Assembly: GCF_030144855.1 (NCBI RefSeq)
Contig: NC_082726.1
Coordinates: 61,318,001-61,382,000 of the forward strand
DNA from: Hypanus sabinus
Taxonomy: Eukaryota
Direction of reading: 5' to 3'
Length of the DNA: 64,000 nt
The notes under the pieces were generated by a model that searched no databases, had not been told where the DNA came from, and was given only the letters and a program-made list of their open reading frames with translations. Within the stretch, counting starts at the first letter, position 1, and each line of letters begins with the position of its first letter. The translations under genes were made by a program, and so were the position numbers. This document shows, piece by piece, positions 24,105 through 36,935 of this stretch.

Positions 24105-24782
24105 AACACACACAAAATACTGGAGGAACCCAGCAGGTCAGGCAGCATCCACGGAAATGAATAAGCAGTCAATGTTATGGGCCAAGAACCTTCTTCAGGA
24201 CTGAAAAAGAAGGGGGAAAATGCCAGAATATAAAGGTGGTGGGAGGGGAAGGATGATAGCTAGAAGGTGATAGCTGAAGCCAGGTGTGTGGGAAAGGTAA
24301 AAGGTTGGAGTAGGAGGAATCTGATAGGAGAGGTGTACATAGGAGAAAGGTGAAAGGGCACCAGGGGGAGGCAATAGGCAGGTGAGAAGAGGTAAAAAGC
24401 CGAAGAAGGGAATAGATGGCGAGGGGAAGGGTAGGAACTTTTTTTTTCCCGGTAGTAGAAATTGATAATCATGCCTTCAGGTTGGAGGCTACCCAGATGG
24501 AACAAAAGGTGTTGTTCCTTCACCCTGAGGGCGGCCTCATCTTGGCATAAGAGGAGGCAATGCATCGACATGTCAGAATGAGAATGGAAATCAGAATTAA
24601 AATGTTTGGTCATCAGGAAGCTCTGCTTTGGTGCACGGAGTGGAGGGGCTTGATGAAGCACTCCCACAATTTACGACAGGTCTCACCAATGTAGAGGACT
24701 CCTCATTGAGAGCACCGGACACAGTAGACGACCCTGGCAGATTCACAGGTGAAATGTTGCCTCACTGTTTTGGGGCCCTGAA
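24105..24782 (-). mobile_element. Penelope-like retroelement fragment
   Basis: Homologous to 17630-18460 in reverse orientation; GIY-YIG remnant near 24650-24760. Confidence 0.75.
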
Positions 24783-26749
24783 TTGTACAAAAGTTGGGCC
24801 GTTATATTACAACTCCTTCAGGCGATGGGGAGACCGGACCTTCAATATTTTCTACAGCTCTGTTTACAAAACAAGGAGGATGTGATCAAGAGAGGATGCA
24901 GAAAAGATTCACAAGGAAGTCACTGGACTGGACTGTTTGAATAATAAGATTTCAAAGACTGGGACACTTTCCTTGGAGTAAAGAAGGCTGAGGGGTGACC
25001 TTATAAATGTTGATAAAATCATGATAGGCTTAGATAAGGTGGATGGTTACAATCTTTTTTTCCCAGAGTGTAGGAGCCAAAAGTAGAGGGTTTCGAGGAT
25101 TTTATATAAACTATGGGTTTAAGGTGAGAGAGGAAAGACTGAAAGGGGACCGGAGGGGAAAGATTTTGAACGCAGAGGGAGTAAGTGTCAGGGGAGGTGG
25201 TAGTGATGGGTACAATTGCAATATTTAACAGGTTTTTTGCACCCCAAAAAGATCAGGCAATAGCTATCTCCAGCAAGACAGAATCCAACCACTACCTTTT
25301 AAATTAAATTCATTCCCGTCAGCAAATCACCCACTCTTAAATACAGCATTGGACAGGTTCATGGATAAAAAAAGTTTAGAGGAAGCTGGGGCCAAATGTA
25401 GGCAAATGGAAATAGCCCAGAAAGGCACCTTGGTCAGCGTGAATTGGTTGTACTAAAGGTCCTGTATGAGCACAGGAGAATGCTATAACTCTAAATAACA
25501 ACATGAGCACCTTTCACTAAGACATGCAGAATAAGGACTCCCTTGAATTTGGATCCATTGTTCTGATTTTGAAGTATAGAAGTTCACATGATAATTATGG
25601 GAGGAAATTGATCCTCCATTAAAAACATCTACCTAAAACATCCTGTTGAACCATCTATTGATTGATAAGCATAATTACAACAAAACAATAATCCATTATT
25701 TTTAGCGAAGGCCAAGTTATATCAGGATACCAGCAGATTTATGCCATTGTTTCATGGTAACTTGAATAAGGTTGGGACAGCTATAGTACGTTCATTTCAG
25801 ACCACTATGACCAGCTAGAAAAAGAGGCTTTTATTCCATTAATCTGAACTGTTTTTAGAAGACCAACAAGAACAGATTAACTTCCAGTTAACATCCTAAA
25901 GATTAACTCCATCCATTGCAGCACTTTTAAAACCTATTTCTAAATTGCATATGCTGTTTTGTTCACAACTGCTTATTAAAGATATTGCCTGCACACAGCA
26001 AGAACTAGACAACCAATGGGCTGAGGATCAAATGCAGCAATAATTTTTGCACTCTGAAAAGACCAGGCAATGGCCATCTCCGACAAGACAGAATCCAACT
26101 ACGATCCTTTAAATTAAATCCATTCCCATCAGCAAATCACCTACACTACAGTCACTATTGACCAGAAATTCACTTGGACTAGCTATATAAGTCATAAACT
26201 CAAGAAATTCTGCAGATGCTGGAAATCTTATTTTAATTTATTAATTTATATATGTAGTATTATTTTATTACACTGTACTATAATTCTGTTGCAAGGCAAC
26301 AAATTTCATGAAATATATCAGTGCTATTAAACCTGATTCTGATTCTTGAGCAACACACAAAAAGTGCTGGCAAAACTCAGCAAGCCAGCCAGCATCTATG
26401 AAGGAAAATTAATAGTTGACATTTCGAGCCAAGATCCTTCATCAGGACAGCTATACAGATATTCTAGGAGGTCAGAATTTAATAACAGACTCAACAGCTG
26501 GCATCCAAAAGTCATTCTGAAGCACCCACAATGTGCAAGTCAGGAGAGTTATGGAATATGCTCATTTGTAGATGCAAGGATTCTCAAGAAGCTCTAAGCC
26601 ATAACAGCCAACTTGATTGGTAACCTATCCACATCCAAGATATTCATATCCTCCCACCCCTCTTGTGCAATGGTTGCAGTATATACCACCTACAAAATGC
26701 AGTATAGTTACCATCTCAGTTAATGTGATAGCAAAATGCTACCAAACCT

Positions 26750-27692
26750 GGGGTGGCAAATTGGATTATTAAGTATGCAGATGATACTAAGATAGGTGGC
26801 ATTGTGGATAATGAAGTAGGTTTTCAAAGCTTGCAGAGAGATTTAGGCCAGTTAGAAGAGTGGGCTGAAAGATAGCAGATGGAGTTTAATGCTGATAAGT
26901 GTGAGGTGCTACATTTTGGTAGGACTAATCAAAATAGGACATACATGGTAAATGGTAGGGCATCAAAGAATGCAGTAGAACAGAGTGATCTAGGAATAAT
27001 GGTACATAGTTCCCTGAAGGTGGAGTCTCATGTGGATAGAGTGGTGAAGAAAGTTTTTGGTATGTTGGCCTTTATAAATCAGAGCATTGAGTATAGGAGT
27101 TGGGATGTAATGTTAAAATTGTGCAAGGCATTGGTGAGGCCAAATTTGGAATATTGTATACAGTTTTGGTCACTGAATTATAGGAAAGATGTCAACAAAA
27201 TAGAGAGAGTACAGAGGAGATTTACTAGAATGTTACCTGGGTTTCAGCACCTAAGTTACAGAGAAAGGTTGAACAAGTTAGGTCTTTATTCTTTGGAGCG
27301 TAGAAGGTTGAGGGGGGACTTGATAGAGGTATTTAAAATTATGAGGGGGATAGATAGAGTTGATGTGGATAGGCTTTTTCCATTGAGAATGAGGAAGATT
27401 CAAACAAGAGGACATGAGTTGAGAGTTAAGGGGCAAAAGTTTAGGGGTAACACAAGGGGGAACTTCTTTACACAGAGAGTGATAGCTGTGTGGAATGAGC
27501 TTCCAGCAGAAGTGGTAGAAGCAGGTTTCATTTTGCCATTAAAAAAAAAATTGGATAGGTATATGGACAGGAAAGGAATGGAGGGTTATGGGCTGAGTGC
27601 AGGTAGGTGGGACTAGGTGAGAGTAAGCGTTTGGCATAGACTACAAGAACTGAGATGGCCTGCTTCTGTGCTGTAATTGTTTTATGGTTATA
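26750..27692 (+). mobile_element. CR1 LINE 3' fragment (same subfamily as 20030-22245)
   Basis: 245-aa ORF 26879..27616 is the ORF2 C-terminus and is nearly identical to 21310-22245. Confidence 0.95.
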
Positions 27693-29895
27693 AGCCTGTG
27701 ACATCTTCCCTCATAAGAACACGGGGAACAAACACATCAGACCATCCTCCAGCAGCTTCCCCTAAAAGTTATGCACAACATTGACCTGGAAATATTTTGA
27801 CATCCTTTGATAAATCCTGGAACGCTCTGCCTAACCTCATTGTGGATCTAACTTTACCAGAAGGACTGCAGTTATTCAGTAAGATGGCCAACGGCACCTT
27901 TTTTCAAGGTGTATACATGCTAGTCATGTCACTAATGCTCATATCTCAAAACAACAAATACAGAACAAGTGCATCTAGCTAAAAATCAATTTCTATCAAA
28001 TGGAAGATGAAAATTTTATGTAAGAGGAGCATATTGAGAGCAAGGGACACAAAAGCTGCTTACAAAGTGTCATCTCATTGATCCAGCTAAAATCTAGGCT
28101 ATAGCTGGATTAAAGTTCCATGTAGCATGCTTCAGACATTTGGTCTGGGCTTTAGTCCGTGGTTATGGTAACTGCTGGGTCTTAATATGACACAAACCTC
28201 TGTGAGCTGCAATGTTTAGTGTAGTTGGGGTTTTCCTTTTTATACTCAAGATCGATTAAATTCCTAGGATTGGTTTGATCAAATTAAAAATCATACAATC
28301 ACTCTGTAAATAAAACAATTCTGTTCAAAAAGTACTATGATCATCTTTTTTCATATGCTAGTTTTAATTTAATTCACTTATTTGCATCTATTAATTTTAG
28401 TTTACAAGCACAAACCATTAATTGTTAATTACTTTACATTACAACTGATTGTCTCCTGATAAAGGGTCTCAGCCCAAAATGTTGACCATTTATTTCCTTT
28501 CATAGATGCTGCCTGACTTGCTGAATTCCTTCAGGATTTTGTATGTGCTACATCTAATTGTTGTTGGCACTTTCATTGAACAGGAAATGTAAAATTCATA
28601 TTTTGAATAAAAATTTCTTTAGGCAGCAATTATTGGCACCAAAGTAATATTAGCAAGATTCAGTGTCAGAGAAAGGGTTAATTCTTTGTCACAAAACAAT
28701 AGGCTTCATTAGACAGTCCATTTTAATTGTCTATCCCAAATTATTTTAAGCTGTTTCTCCCACCCTTCAGAATCAATCACATTAATGAGTCTGGAGCCTA
28801 ATAAGGATGGAAGGCATTAGTGAATCAGATGGGTTTTAATGACAATCTGATAGAGTTACGTGGACATGACTTTTTTCAATTCCAGATTACTTAATTAACT
28901 TAATATAAATTGCCTAGCTCTCTGAACACACTTCTGTATTAATAGTTCAAGACCTTGGATGCAAGAAAAACTTCACCCATGTATCTATGGCCCAAAGATA
29001 ATAATACACCTGTAGGTGACAAAATTCATTCCATCCTGAATGTCTATGTCCACACTTAACAGTTAACCTGCTCAGATAAGCAGGCAACATCACAAACAGA
29101 GACATGAGAGATTCTGTAGATGTAGAAAACCTGGAGCAACAAAATGCTGGAGAAACTCAGCAGGTCAGGCAGCATCTCTGGAGGGGAATAAACAGTTGAT
29201 ATTTTAGGCCAAGACCTTTCATTAGGACTGGAAAGGAAGTGGGCACATTACAATACACACAACAGAGCGCCAGGTTCAGGAACAGTTATCTCCCCTCAAC
29301 CAGCAGGCTCCTGAACTGGCGGGGATAAATTCACTCAACTTCACTTGCCTCAGCACTGAATTAATCCCACAGCCTCTGGACCCGTTTCAAGGACTTTTCA
29401 CCTCATGCTCTCGATATTTATTGTTCACTTATTTATTATTACTATTCAAATTGTTTGTTTTTTTTCTCCTTTTGTTTTGTATTTGCAGTTTGTTGTCTTC
29501 TGCACACTGCTTGTCCACCCTGTTGGTGAGATCTTCCATTGATTCTATTATGGTTATTGGAACAAAAGTACATCAAAAATAATATACAAATTGTTAAAGT
29601 GGGGATTGTGTTATGTCTGCACACTCTTGTCACCGCACACTTCACCTGAACATACTCGTTTTAAGTTCCTAGCTGTGATTTCCAGAAAATTCAAAGGGAT
29701 TTAAGTTTAATACTCCACGAGTGTCCGTAAATGGTAATAACACAGACCCCACTGACCGCCCCATATTGTTAGCAGCAGTGAAATATTCACTGGTCTTTAA
29801 GCACTAAACAGAAAGTATCCTCTAAACATTTAATAAGTTTTGCTTAATGATCGTATTCTGGTATTATTCAGTTTTATTTATTTACTTTTTAATTG

Positions 29896-30819
29896 CAGTC
29901 GACCTTCACTAATCCGACTACCCATAATCCGGTTCCTTCGATAATCCGGCACTGATTTCAAATTTTCTGCACAACTGTAATTTCAAATTTCCCGGGCCAC
30001 CATACCAATTTGCTGCACATTGTTTTGGTTGTGCTAGATCTGTTCACGTGTTGGCTCGCTCTTGTAAGCACAGATAGGTGATCCCTGCTTGTTTTCCTGC
30101 ATTTATTCACCTTCTCGCCTACCTGCTGGCAGTCGCACACTACCCTCTGGTGATGCCCAGCTGGCGCTCCATTCTCTTCTGTCTACGACCTCAGATCAGA
30201 TGTGGCGACCCGCTGAATTTAAGCATATTACTAAGTGAAGGAAAAGAAAATAATGAGGATTCCCTCAGTAACTGCGAGTGAAGAGGGAAGAGCCCAGCCC
30301 TGGCTGCCTGGTGGTCTCGTGAAATGCGACACATAGAAGACCTCCTTTCCCCGAGTTCTGGTCCCCCAGATGTGCTGCCACCAACATCAACAATTTTTGA
30401 AGAAACCTTTGTGCCAGTTTCAGCACCAGTTCCTGATGCTTCACTCATTTCTCAAGACGAAGATGATGATGATCCTGACAACCCCACACTTGCAGACATG
30501 TGATTTTGCCTGAAGGTATATTAAGCATCTCATTTTAGAAGTGGAAGTGCTCAACTGTTCTGTATAAGTTAATTTCTGTACATTTACCTTTACCTTTTAT
30601 TTTATCTGGGCCTGTACAGTATATTTATTAAAAATTCACTTGCTACTCATTTAATATTTCTGTTTCATTATTATCTAACTTGTACTGATTTACATGATAT
30701 TTTAAAGGTATGATGAGGCGGTTAGCTATTGCTTAATGCAATCCTTCTGTAATTCGGCATTTCCACTAATCTGGCACTCCTCAGGTCCCAATGATGCCGG
30801 ATTATAAAAGGTCGACCTG
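29896..30819. mobile_element. Non-autonomous Tigger/pogo-like (Tc1/mariner) DNA transposon
   Basis: Imperfect TIRs CAGTCGACCTTCACTAATCCG / CAGGTCGACCTTTTATAATCCG (reverse complement of the right end), subterminal TAATCCGG repeats, TA at the right flank (TG at the left). Confidence 0.7.
30186..30341 (+). pseudogene. Degenerate 28S rRNA 5'-end fragment
   Basis: CGACCTCAGATCAGATGTGGCGACCCGCTGAATTTAAGCATAT...GGATTCCCTCAGTAAC.GCGAGTGAA.AGGGAAGAGCCCAGC matches the conserved start of vertebrate 28S rRNA. No 5.8S or 18S sequence is nearby. Confidence 0.92.
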
Positions 30820-31013
30820 TATTTATACAAATTCCCTTCTTTTGCACAGTGGTTGCTCGTCAGTCTTTGCAGATGTATAGTTTTTCATAAATTCTATAGT
30901 ATTTCTTTACTTTTGCCTGTAAACGCTGTCAACAAAGTGAACCACAAGGTAGTATGTGGTGGCATATACATTTGCACTTTGATAATATATTTACTTTGAA
31001 CTTTGAAGATTCT

Positions 31014-31819
31014 CTAATACAATTCATCACTGTTCTTAACATCCGTTTTGGTCTTGCGTGCTTTATCATCTGACTTCTTATGTCTCTTTCTGTCCTCCTT
31101 GGAGTTTCTGTTGCAAAGCTCAGCATCGCTCCCTGTCTGCAAGCTGTCGAAGGTGACGTTTGGCGCCCCTTTCCTCAGCGTCCGGTCTCCGCGTCTTTGC
31201 CGCCGGCAAGCGTTGGTGCATTTGTCAAAGCAGCTGAAACGAGTGTCAGTGGTGCAAGCGTACATTCCAGCTGGGACTGCCAGAACCATGGCACAGACAA
31301 CGATGATGATGTGGATAAGCTTCTCCCGCTGTTCCATTTCACTGATATCAGTGCCTGTAACAAACACAATGCACTGACCGCTCTTTAGGGATTGGTTCCT
31401 TAATGTCACACATACCTTGTACTTGGTTGCTGGAAACAGATCATTCACTGAGTAAGTATTCACCCCTGGCCCTATGTAAATCTTCTCCCTTTTAGTATCT
31501 TCAAACTTCCCAAAATGTAGAGTGTAGGAAGTCTCAGCAGGCTTCTGTGTTACTGCGTGCCACTGAACGGTTATTCCATATACGGTCTGCTTTGCAATCC
31601 TGAGATCTATGTAAACATTCTCCTCGGAGGAAGGTGATGGGGGCAAGATAGAGGGGGTGGGAGAAGTTACTGCAGTCAAAACTTTCACCAGGATCCGCAC
31701 AGATGAGTTTCCGAGGTAATTAGTAGCAATGCAGCTGTAATTTCCTTTGTCTGTGCCCTGGGCTGATGGAATGACCAGCTCAGATTTCACAGTTTCTTCA
31801 TCAATATTTGTGAGTGTCG
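31014..31819 (-). CDS. LRIT2: LRIT2 coding exon 3 (rest of Ig domain, FN3, TM, cytoplasmic tail)
   Basis: Acceptor attaattacAG in phase 1. ATLTNIDEETVKSELVIP...YIDLRIAKQTVYGI...IGPGVNTYSVNDL...TM LIHIIIVVCAMVLAVPAGMYA. Spliced CDS is 107+782+806=1695 nt (564 aa). Confidence 0.95.
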
Positions 31820-32754
31820 CTGTAATTAATGCAAATAATTTGTTAAGTAATAGTGTGATAATGGAAAATATTCACATTAGTTTTTGTGCAAAGTTTGCTT
31901 GAATCCCTACCTGAAGCATCAAGGTAAAATTGGTAGTAGCAAGCAATGAACCTCACACAATCATCAGATTGATCAATATGGCCAGTCCCTCTCCATTTCA
32001 TTAAACTCCAACATAATTGCTTCCCCAGAAGAGAAGTCAGCAGTCTTTCCTTTAATCAGCCATGATTGAATGATGGAGCAGATCCAATGGGCCAAATAGC
32101 CTAAGTTCTGCCCCACACACTATGCTGAGAGACCTCAGGAGGTCAGGCACCATCTATGAGGTCCTCCAGCATTTTATGTGTTAATCTGGATTTCCAGCGT
32201 CTACAGAATCTTTTGTGTTCTAAATCCTGCTTCTATATCTATGATCTTATGGCCTCAATTCCCAATCAGGGCCTATTTTAGTTCAGGGTGTATATCACAC
32301 ACATCTTTTCGGAATTAAGTCATGTTGCATGACAGTTGTAATTAGTGAAATATTTCTTCACTAATTTAAAATGGACCCTGTCCCTCCCATGTTTTCACTG
32401 TCCAGGGCAGGAGACAGTCCCCTGGAGAAATTGCACTCATTGTAAGAGTGGAGAATTTCAACCTTTAGTTTGGCATGGACCAAACACACAAGTGGATTTC
32501 AAAACCCTGCATCTCAAGATTGCTGGCCGGTGGTGTAGTGGAATGCACTTCGAGGGGAGTAGTGTCGGGTTCGAAATCGTCCGGCACCTTGCATGCTTTC
32601 CATCCACATCAAGCTAGAAATTAGCCTCTTAAAAAACAGACGAATGCTAAAGAAATGGCAAGGTTGCCACCTGATGGCATGACAACCTCAAGGTAGTTTG
32701 TATTTCAACACTCTTCAAGGTAGAAGGATGTCACATAGAAAAACAAAATTGAAA

Positions 32755-33992
32755 TATAACCATATAACCATATAACAATCACAGCACAGAAACAGGCCAT
32801 CTTGGCCCTCCTAGTCGGTGCCGAACCCTTAATCTCACCTAGTCCCACCTACCCGCACTCAGCCCATAACCCTCCACTCCTTTCCTGTCCATATACCTAT
32901 CCAATTTTACCTTAAATGACACAACTGAACTGGCCTCTACTACTTCTACAGGAAGCTCATTCCACACAGCTATCACTCTTTGAGTAAAGAAATACCCCCT
33001 CGTGTTTCCCTTAAACTTCTGCCCCCTAACTCTCAAATCATGTCCTCTAGTTTGAATCTCCCCTACTCTCAATGGAAACAGCCTGTTCACGTCAACTCTA
33101 TCTATCCCTCTCAAAATTTTAAATACCTCGATCAAATCCCCCCTCAACCTTCTACGCTCCAATGAATAGAGACCTAACTTGTTCAACCTTTCTCTGTAAC
33201 TTTATTGCTGAAACCCAGGTAACATCCTAGTAAATCGTCTCTGCACTCTCTCTAATTTATTGATCTCTTTCCTATAATTCGGTGACCAGAACTGCACACA
33301 ATATTCCAAATTTGGCCTTACCAATGCCTTGTACAACTTTAGCATTACATCCCAACTTCTGTACTCAATGCTTTGATTTATAAAGGCCAGTGTTCCAAAA
33401 GCCCTCTTCACCACCCTATCTACCTGAGACTCCACTTTCAGGGAACTATGCACAGTTATTCCTAGATCTCTCTGTTCCTCTGCATTCCTCAATGCCCTAC
33501 CATTTACTCTGTATGTTCTATTTGGATTATTCCTGCCAAAATGTAGAACCTCACACTTCTCAGCATTAAACTCCATCTACCAACGTTCAGCCCATTCTTC
33601 TAACCGGCATAAATCTCCCTGCAAGCTTTGAAAATCCACCTCTTTATCCACAGCACCTCCTACCTTAGTATCATCGGCATACTTACTAATCCAATTTACC
33701 ACCCCATCATCCAGATCATTTATGTATATTACAAACAACATTGGACCCAAAACAGATCCCTGAGGCACCCCGCTAGTCACCGGCCTCCATCCCGATAAAC
33801 AATTATCCACCACTACTCTCTGGCATCTCCCATCTAGCCACTGTTGAATCCATTTTATTACTGCAGCATTAATACCTAACGACTGAACCTTCTTAACCAA
33901 CCTTCCATGTGGAACTTTGTCAAAGGCTTTGCTGAAGTCCATATAGACTACATCCACTGCCTTACCCTCGTCAACATTCCTCGTAACTTCTT
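32755..33992 (-). mobile_element. CR1 LINE 3' fragment in LRIT2 intron 2
   Basis: RT motifs YMDFSKAFDKVPH, GVPQGSVLGP and SKYADDTK, with a (TTATATGG)n-type tail. Confidence 0.95.
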
Positions 33993-35707
33993 AATTTGTA
34001 CTGTAAATTTGTACTATAAATTTGTACTGGGACATAATTGTTCAAATCAACTTCATTGTAAAAGATATTTATAATCTTTTCATATATTTATAAAATGCAT
34101 TTACTTACCCTCTTTTCACTGATGTTAAAACAAATCTATTGTTTTAAAACTTATGAGTAACTACAGATAAGACAATAAACATAGCCCCATCGCAGCTACA
34201 CAAATGTCTAAAAGAAAGCCTGTGTTCATCATCTGGGAAGAAGGAATAGTTGATGTTCCAGGTGAAACCCTAAAATGTCTTGATGGTTGGTTTTGACCAA
34301 AATAATAAAGGTATAGATCATTTTCTATGTAGGGAACAAATCCAGAAATCAGAGGTGCAAAGGGACTTGTGAGTCCTTGTGCAGAATTCCTTAAAGGTTA
34401 ACTTTCAGGTTGAGTCAGTAGTCATCACCATTATATAGAGTGTCCTCTGCCATGGGCAATCATAGTCAATGATCATGATTGTTCTTGGCCAATTTTTCTA
34501 CAGAGTGGTGCTTGGCATCAGTGGTTGCATAACCAGGACATGATATGCACTTGCTGCTCATATGACCATCCACTACTTTCTCCCATGGCTTCACATAACC
34601 CTGATCGGGGGTGGGAAGGGGGGCTAAGCAAGTGCTACACCTTGCCTAAGGGTGATCTGAAGGCTAACAGAGTGAAGGAGTGCATTAAACCTCTTTTGGT
34701 AGAGACGTATCCCTATCCCACCACCTAGTGTCAGTAGTAAGGAAGGAAAAGGCAACGTTAGCATTTGTCTCAAGAGGATTAGAATATAAAAACAAGGATG
34801 CCAGGCTTTATAAGGCATTGGCCAGACCACATTTGGAGTAGAAGTAGAACTTTCAGAGGGATAATAACTTAAGTGCCATACCAGTCTAGGAGGAACAATT
34901 AATAAATTTGTGGATGACATTTGTGATAGTTGTGTTGTGGGTAATGAAGACGACTGTCAAAGGAAACTGTAGGATATTGATCTGTGGGAGCATTGGCAGA
35001 TAGAATTTAATCTAGGCAGGTGAGAGGTGATTTTGAAAAGTCAAATTGGGATAGGACCTATGCTGCAAATTGTAGGGAATGTTAATGAACAGAGAGACCA
35101 AGTTGTAAGTGGTAACACAAGATGGGAGGTGAAGAAGCAGTTGTTAGGTTTGTCTTAATAGGTCAGGGCATACAATAACAGAGTTGGGGCATTATGTTGA
35201 GAATACATAACACAGGTTAGACCACACTTGAAGTATTGTGTGGAATACTATTGCCACACTACAGGAAGAACATGATTGCAATGGAGAGAGTGCAGCAGTG
35301 GACATTCACCAGGATGTTGCCCAGATTGGAGTGCTTTAATAATGGGAAGAAATTGGATAAGCTGGACTTGTTTTTCCTGAAATGAAGGTGTACATAAAAT
35401 AATGAGAGGGGTAGATGAGGTAAATGGTCAAAATCTTTTTCTTTTTGTAGGGGAAATCAAAACAAGAGGGCATAGATTTGTGAAAGTTAGGGATAAGGTT
35501 TATTATTTGAAACACAATAACAGTGGTGGTGATGAAATCAGAGACAGTTATGACATTTAAGTAGCACTTAGACATATTTAAATAGGCATGAAAAAAGGAT
35601 AAAGTCCTAATGTGAGCAAATAGGATGAGAGTCAATGGGTGAAAGGGTTAGGATGAACATGATGGGCCAAAAGTCTCCTTCCAATGTTGTGCAACTCTTT
35701 AACGTAC

Positions 35708-36489
35708 CATTAAATTTCCGAATGATCTTCACACCATTTGTCCACCGCACCATAGGAGTAGGATTTCCTTTAGCTGTACAGGATAGATGTACTTTCTGTC
35801 CATATGGAACACTAATGTTTGTGTTTTCAGAGGTGACTAATGCTTTAGAACAACTCTTAAGTTCCACATAGTAGAAAAAGCTCCCCACCCTGGAATCTGG
35901 TCCTGAACAGGTTAGGTAAGAATTCATCAGAATAATAGGGGGGCTCATGGATTTGAAGAAGTCTATGAGACCTTCAAGACGACAATCACAGAACCATGGA
36001 TTATCATGGAGAGCTAGGACAACATTGGAGACACTGTCTCCTGGGTCATCATGCTGCCGTGTCCTCAGATAGACTGGCCAATTTAAGAACACATCTCCAG
36101 AAACCACTGTTAGCCTATTGAAGGATAGATCCAAATAAGTCAAGTTGGTAAGGTACCCCAGTGCATATTCTGGAAGAGCATCAAGTCTATTGTGCTTCAA
36201 ATCCAAGATTTTCAAAGCTGGACTGTCCTGGAACGCTGTCCATGGTACTGAACGGAGTTTATTCCCTTGTAGACGCAACTCGGATAGTTTGCTCAGACCC
36301 TGCATACATCTTGTGTGCATGACCGTAATGCCATTAAAATTCAGCCACAGGTATTCCAAATCAAGGGCTGTGGAAAATGCTCCTTGGGGCAATTCAGCTA
36401 AGTGAGAATTTTCTATCCTGATTTTCTTAACATCGGATGGGACATCCTTTGGTATTCTTCCCAGAGCTGAAGTCACGCATATCAGACTC
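35708..36489 (-). CDS. LRIT2: LRIT2 coding exon 2 (LRRs, LRRCT, first half of Ig domain)
   Basis: Acceptor ttattttttAG and donor G|GTACG. SLICVTSALGRIP...LEYLWLNFN...SVPWTAF...LTYLDLSFNRLTVVS...ALHDNPWFCDCRL is closest to recalled LRIT2. Confidence 0.95.
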
Positions 36490-36683
36490 CTAAAAAATAA
36501 GACATAGTCTTTGTGACAGATGTTTAATGCAGTTACAAGTACATTCTGCATTGTAAATATCAACGTTATATATAATTCAAACATGGTTTGCATTAATCGA
36601 GCTCATACCTTGTGTACATGTATTTCACAGTGTACTGTATGTATCAGAAATATAACGTATAAATAAACAGATCTCACTCTCAC

Positions 36684-36790
36684 CTTCCAAAGCTCTCATT
36701 TCTGCAGGAACACGCTATTGCGCAGGATGCAATTGTCTGTTCAGTACAACAAATGAGGAGAAGACAGACAACATTCCACTTCATGCCCAT
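36684..36790 (-). CDS. LRIT2: LRIT2 coding exon 1 (signal peptide and start of LRRNT)
   Basis: Not in the ORF track. Reads MGMKWNVVCLLLICCTEQTIASCAIACSCRNESFG-R, with donor AG|GTGAG in phase 2. Compare recalled human LRIT2 CTCSEESFGR. Confidence 0.9.
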
Positions 36791-36849
36791 ATTTATTTAA
36801 ACATAGGCAAAGCATTGGTTACCACACCAACTGTAAGTGTGTGGATCAA

Positions 36850-36935
36850 GAATTTGAGATTAACTTTAATCACATTAACAGTAATCTCGATTGACGTAAC
36901 AATAGAACAGACAGGCAGGTAAGGTAGGTCAAAGA
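36850..36935 (-). promoter_or_regulatory. Putative LRIT2 proximal promoter with clustered homeodomain (CRX/OTX-like) sites
   Basis: GAGATTA (36856-36862), TAATCA (36867-36872), TAATCT (36882-36887), CRE-like TGACGTAA (36892-36899) and RORE-like AAGGTAGGTCA (36921-36931), all 65-140 bp upstream of the ATG. Confidence 0.45.

Noticed and set aside
30186-30341. Functional 28S rRNA gene
   Set aside because: Only about 155 bp, mutated, and without the rest of the rDNA unit.
33993-34029. 13-bp x3 tandem repeat (AATTTGTACTRTA) as a regulatory array
   Set aside because: It sits at the 5' junction of a CR1 insertion and is most likely an integration or slippage by-product.
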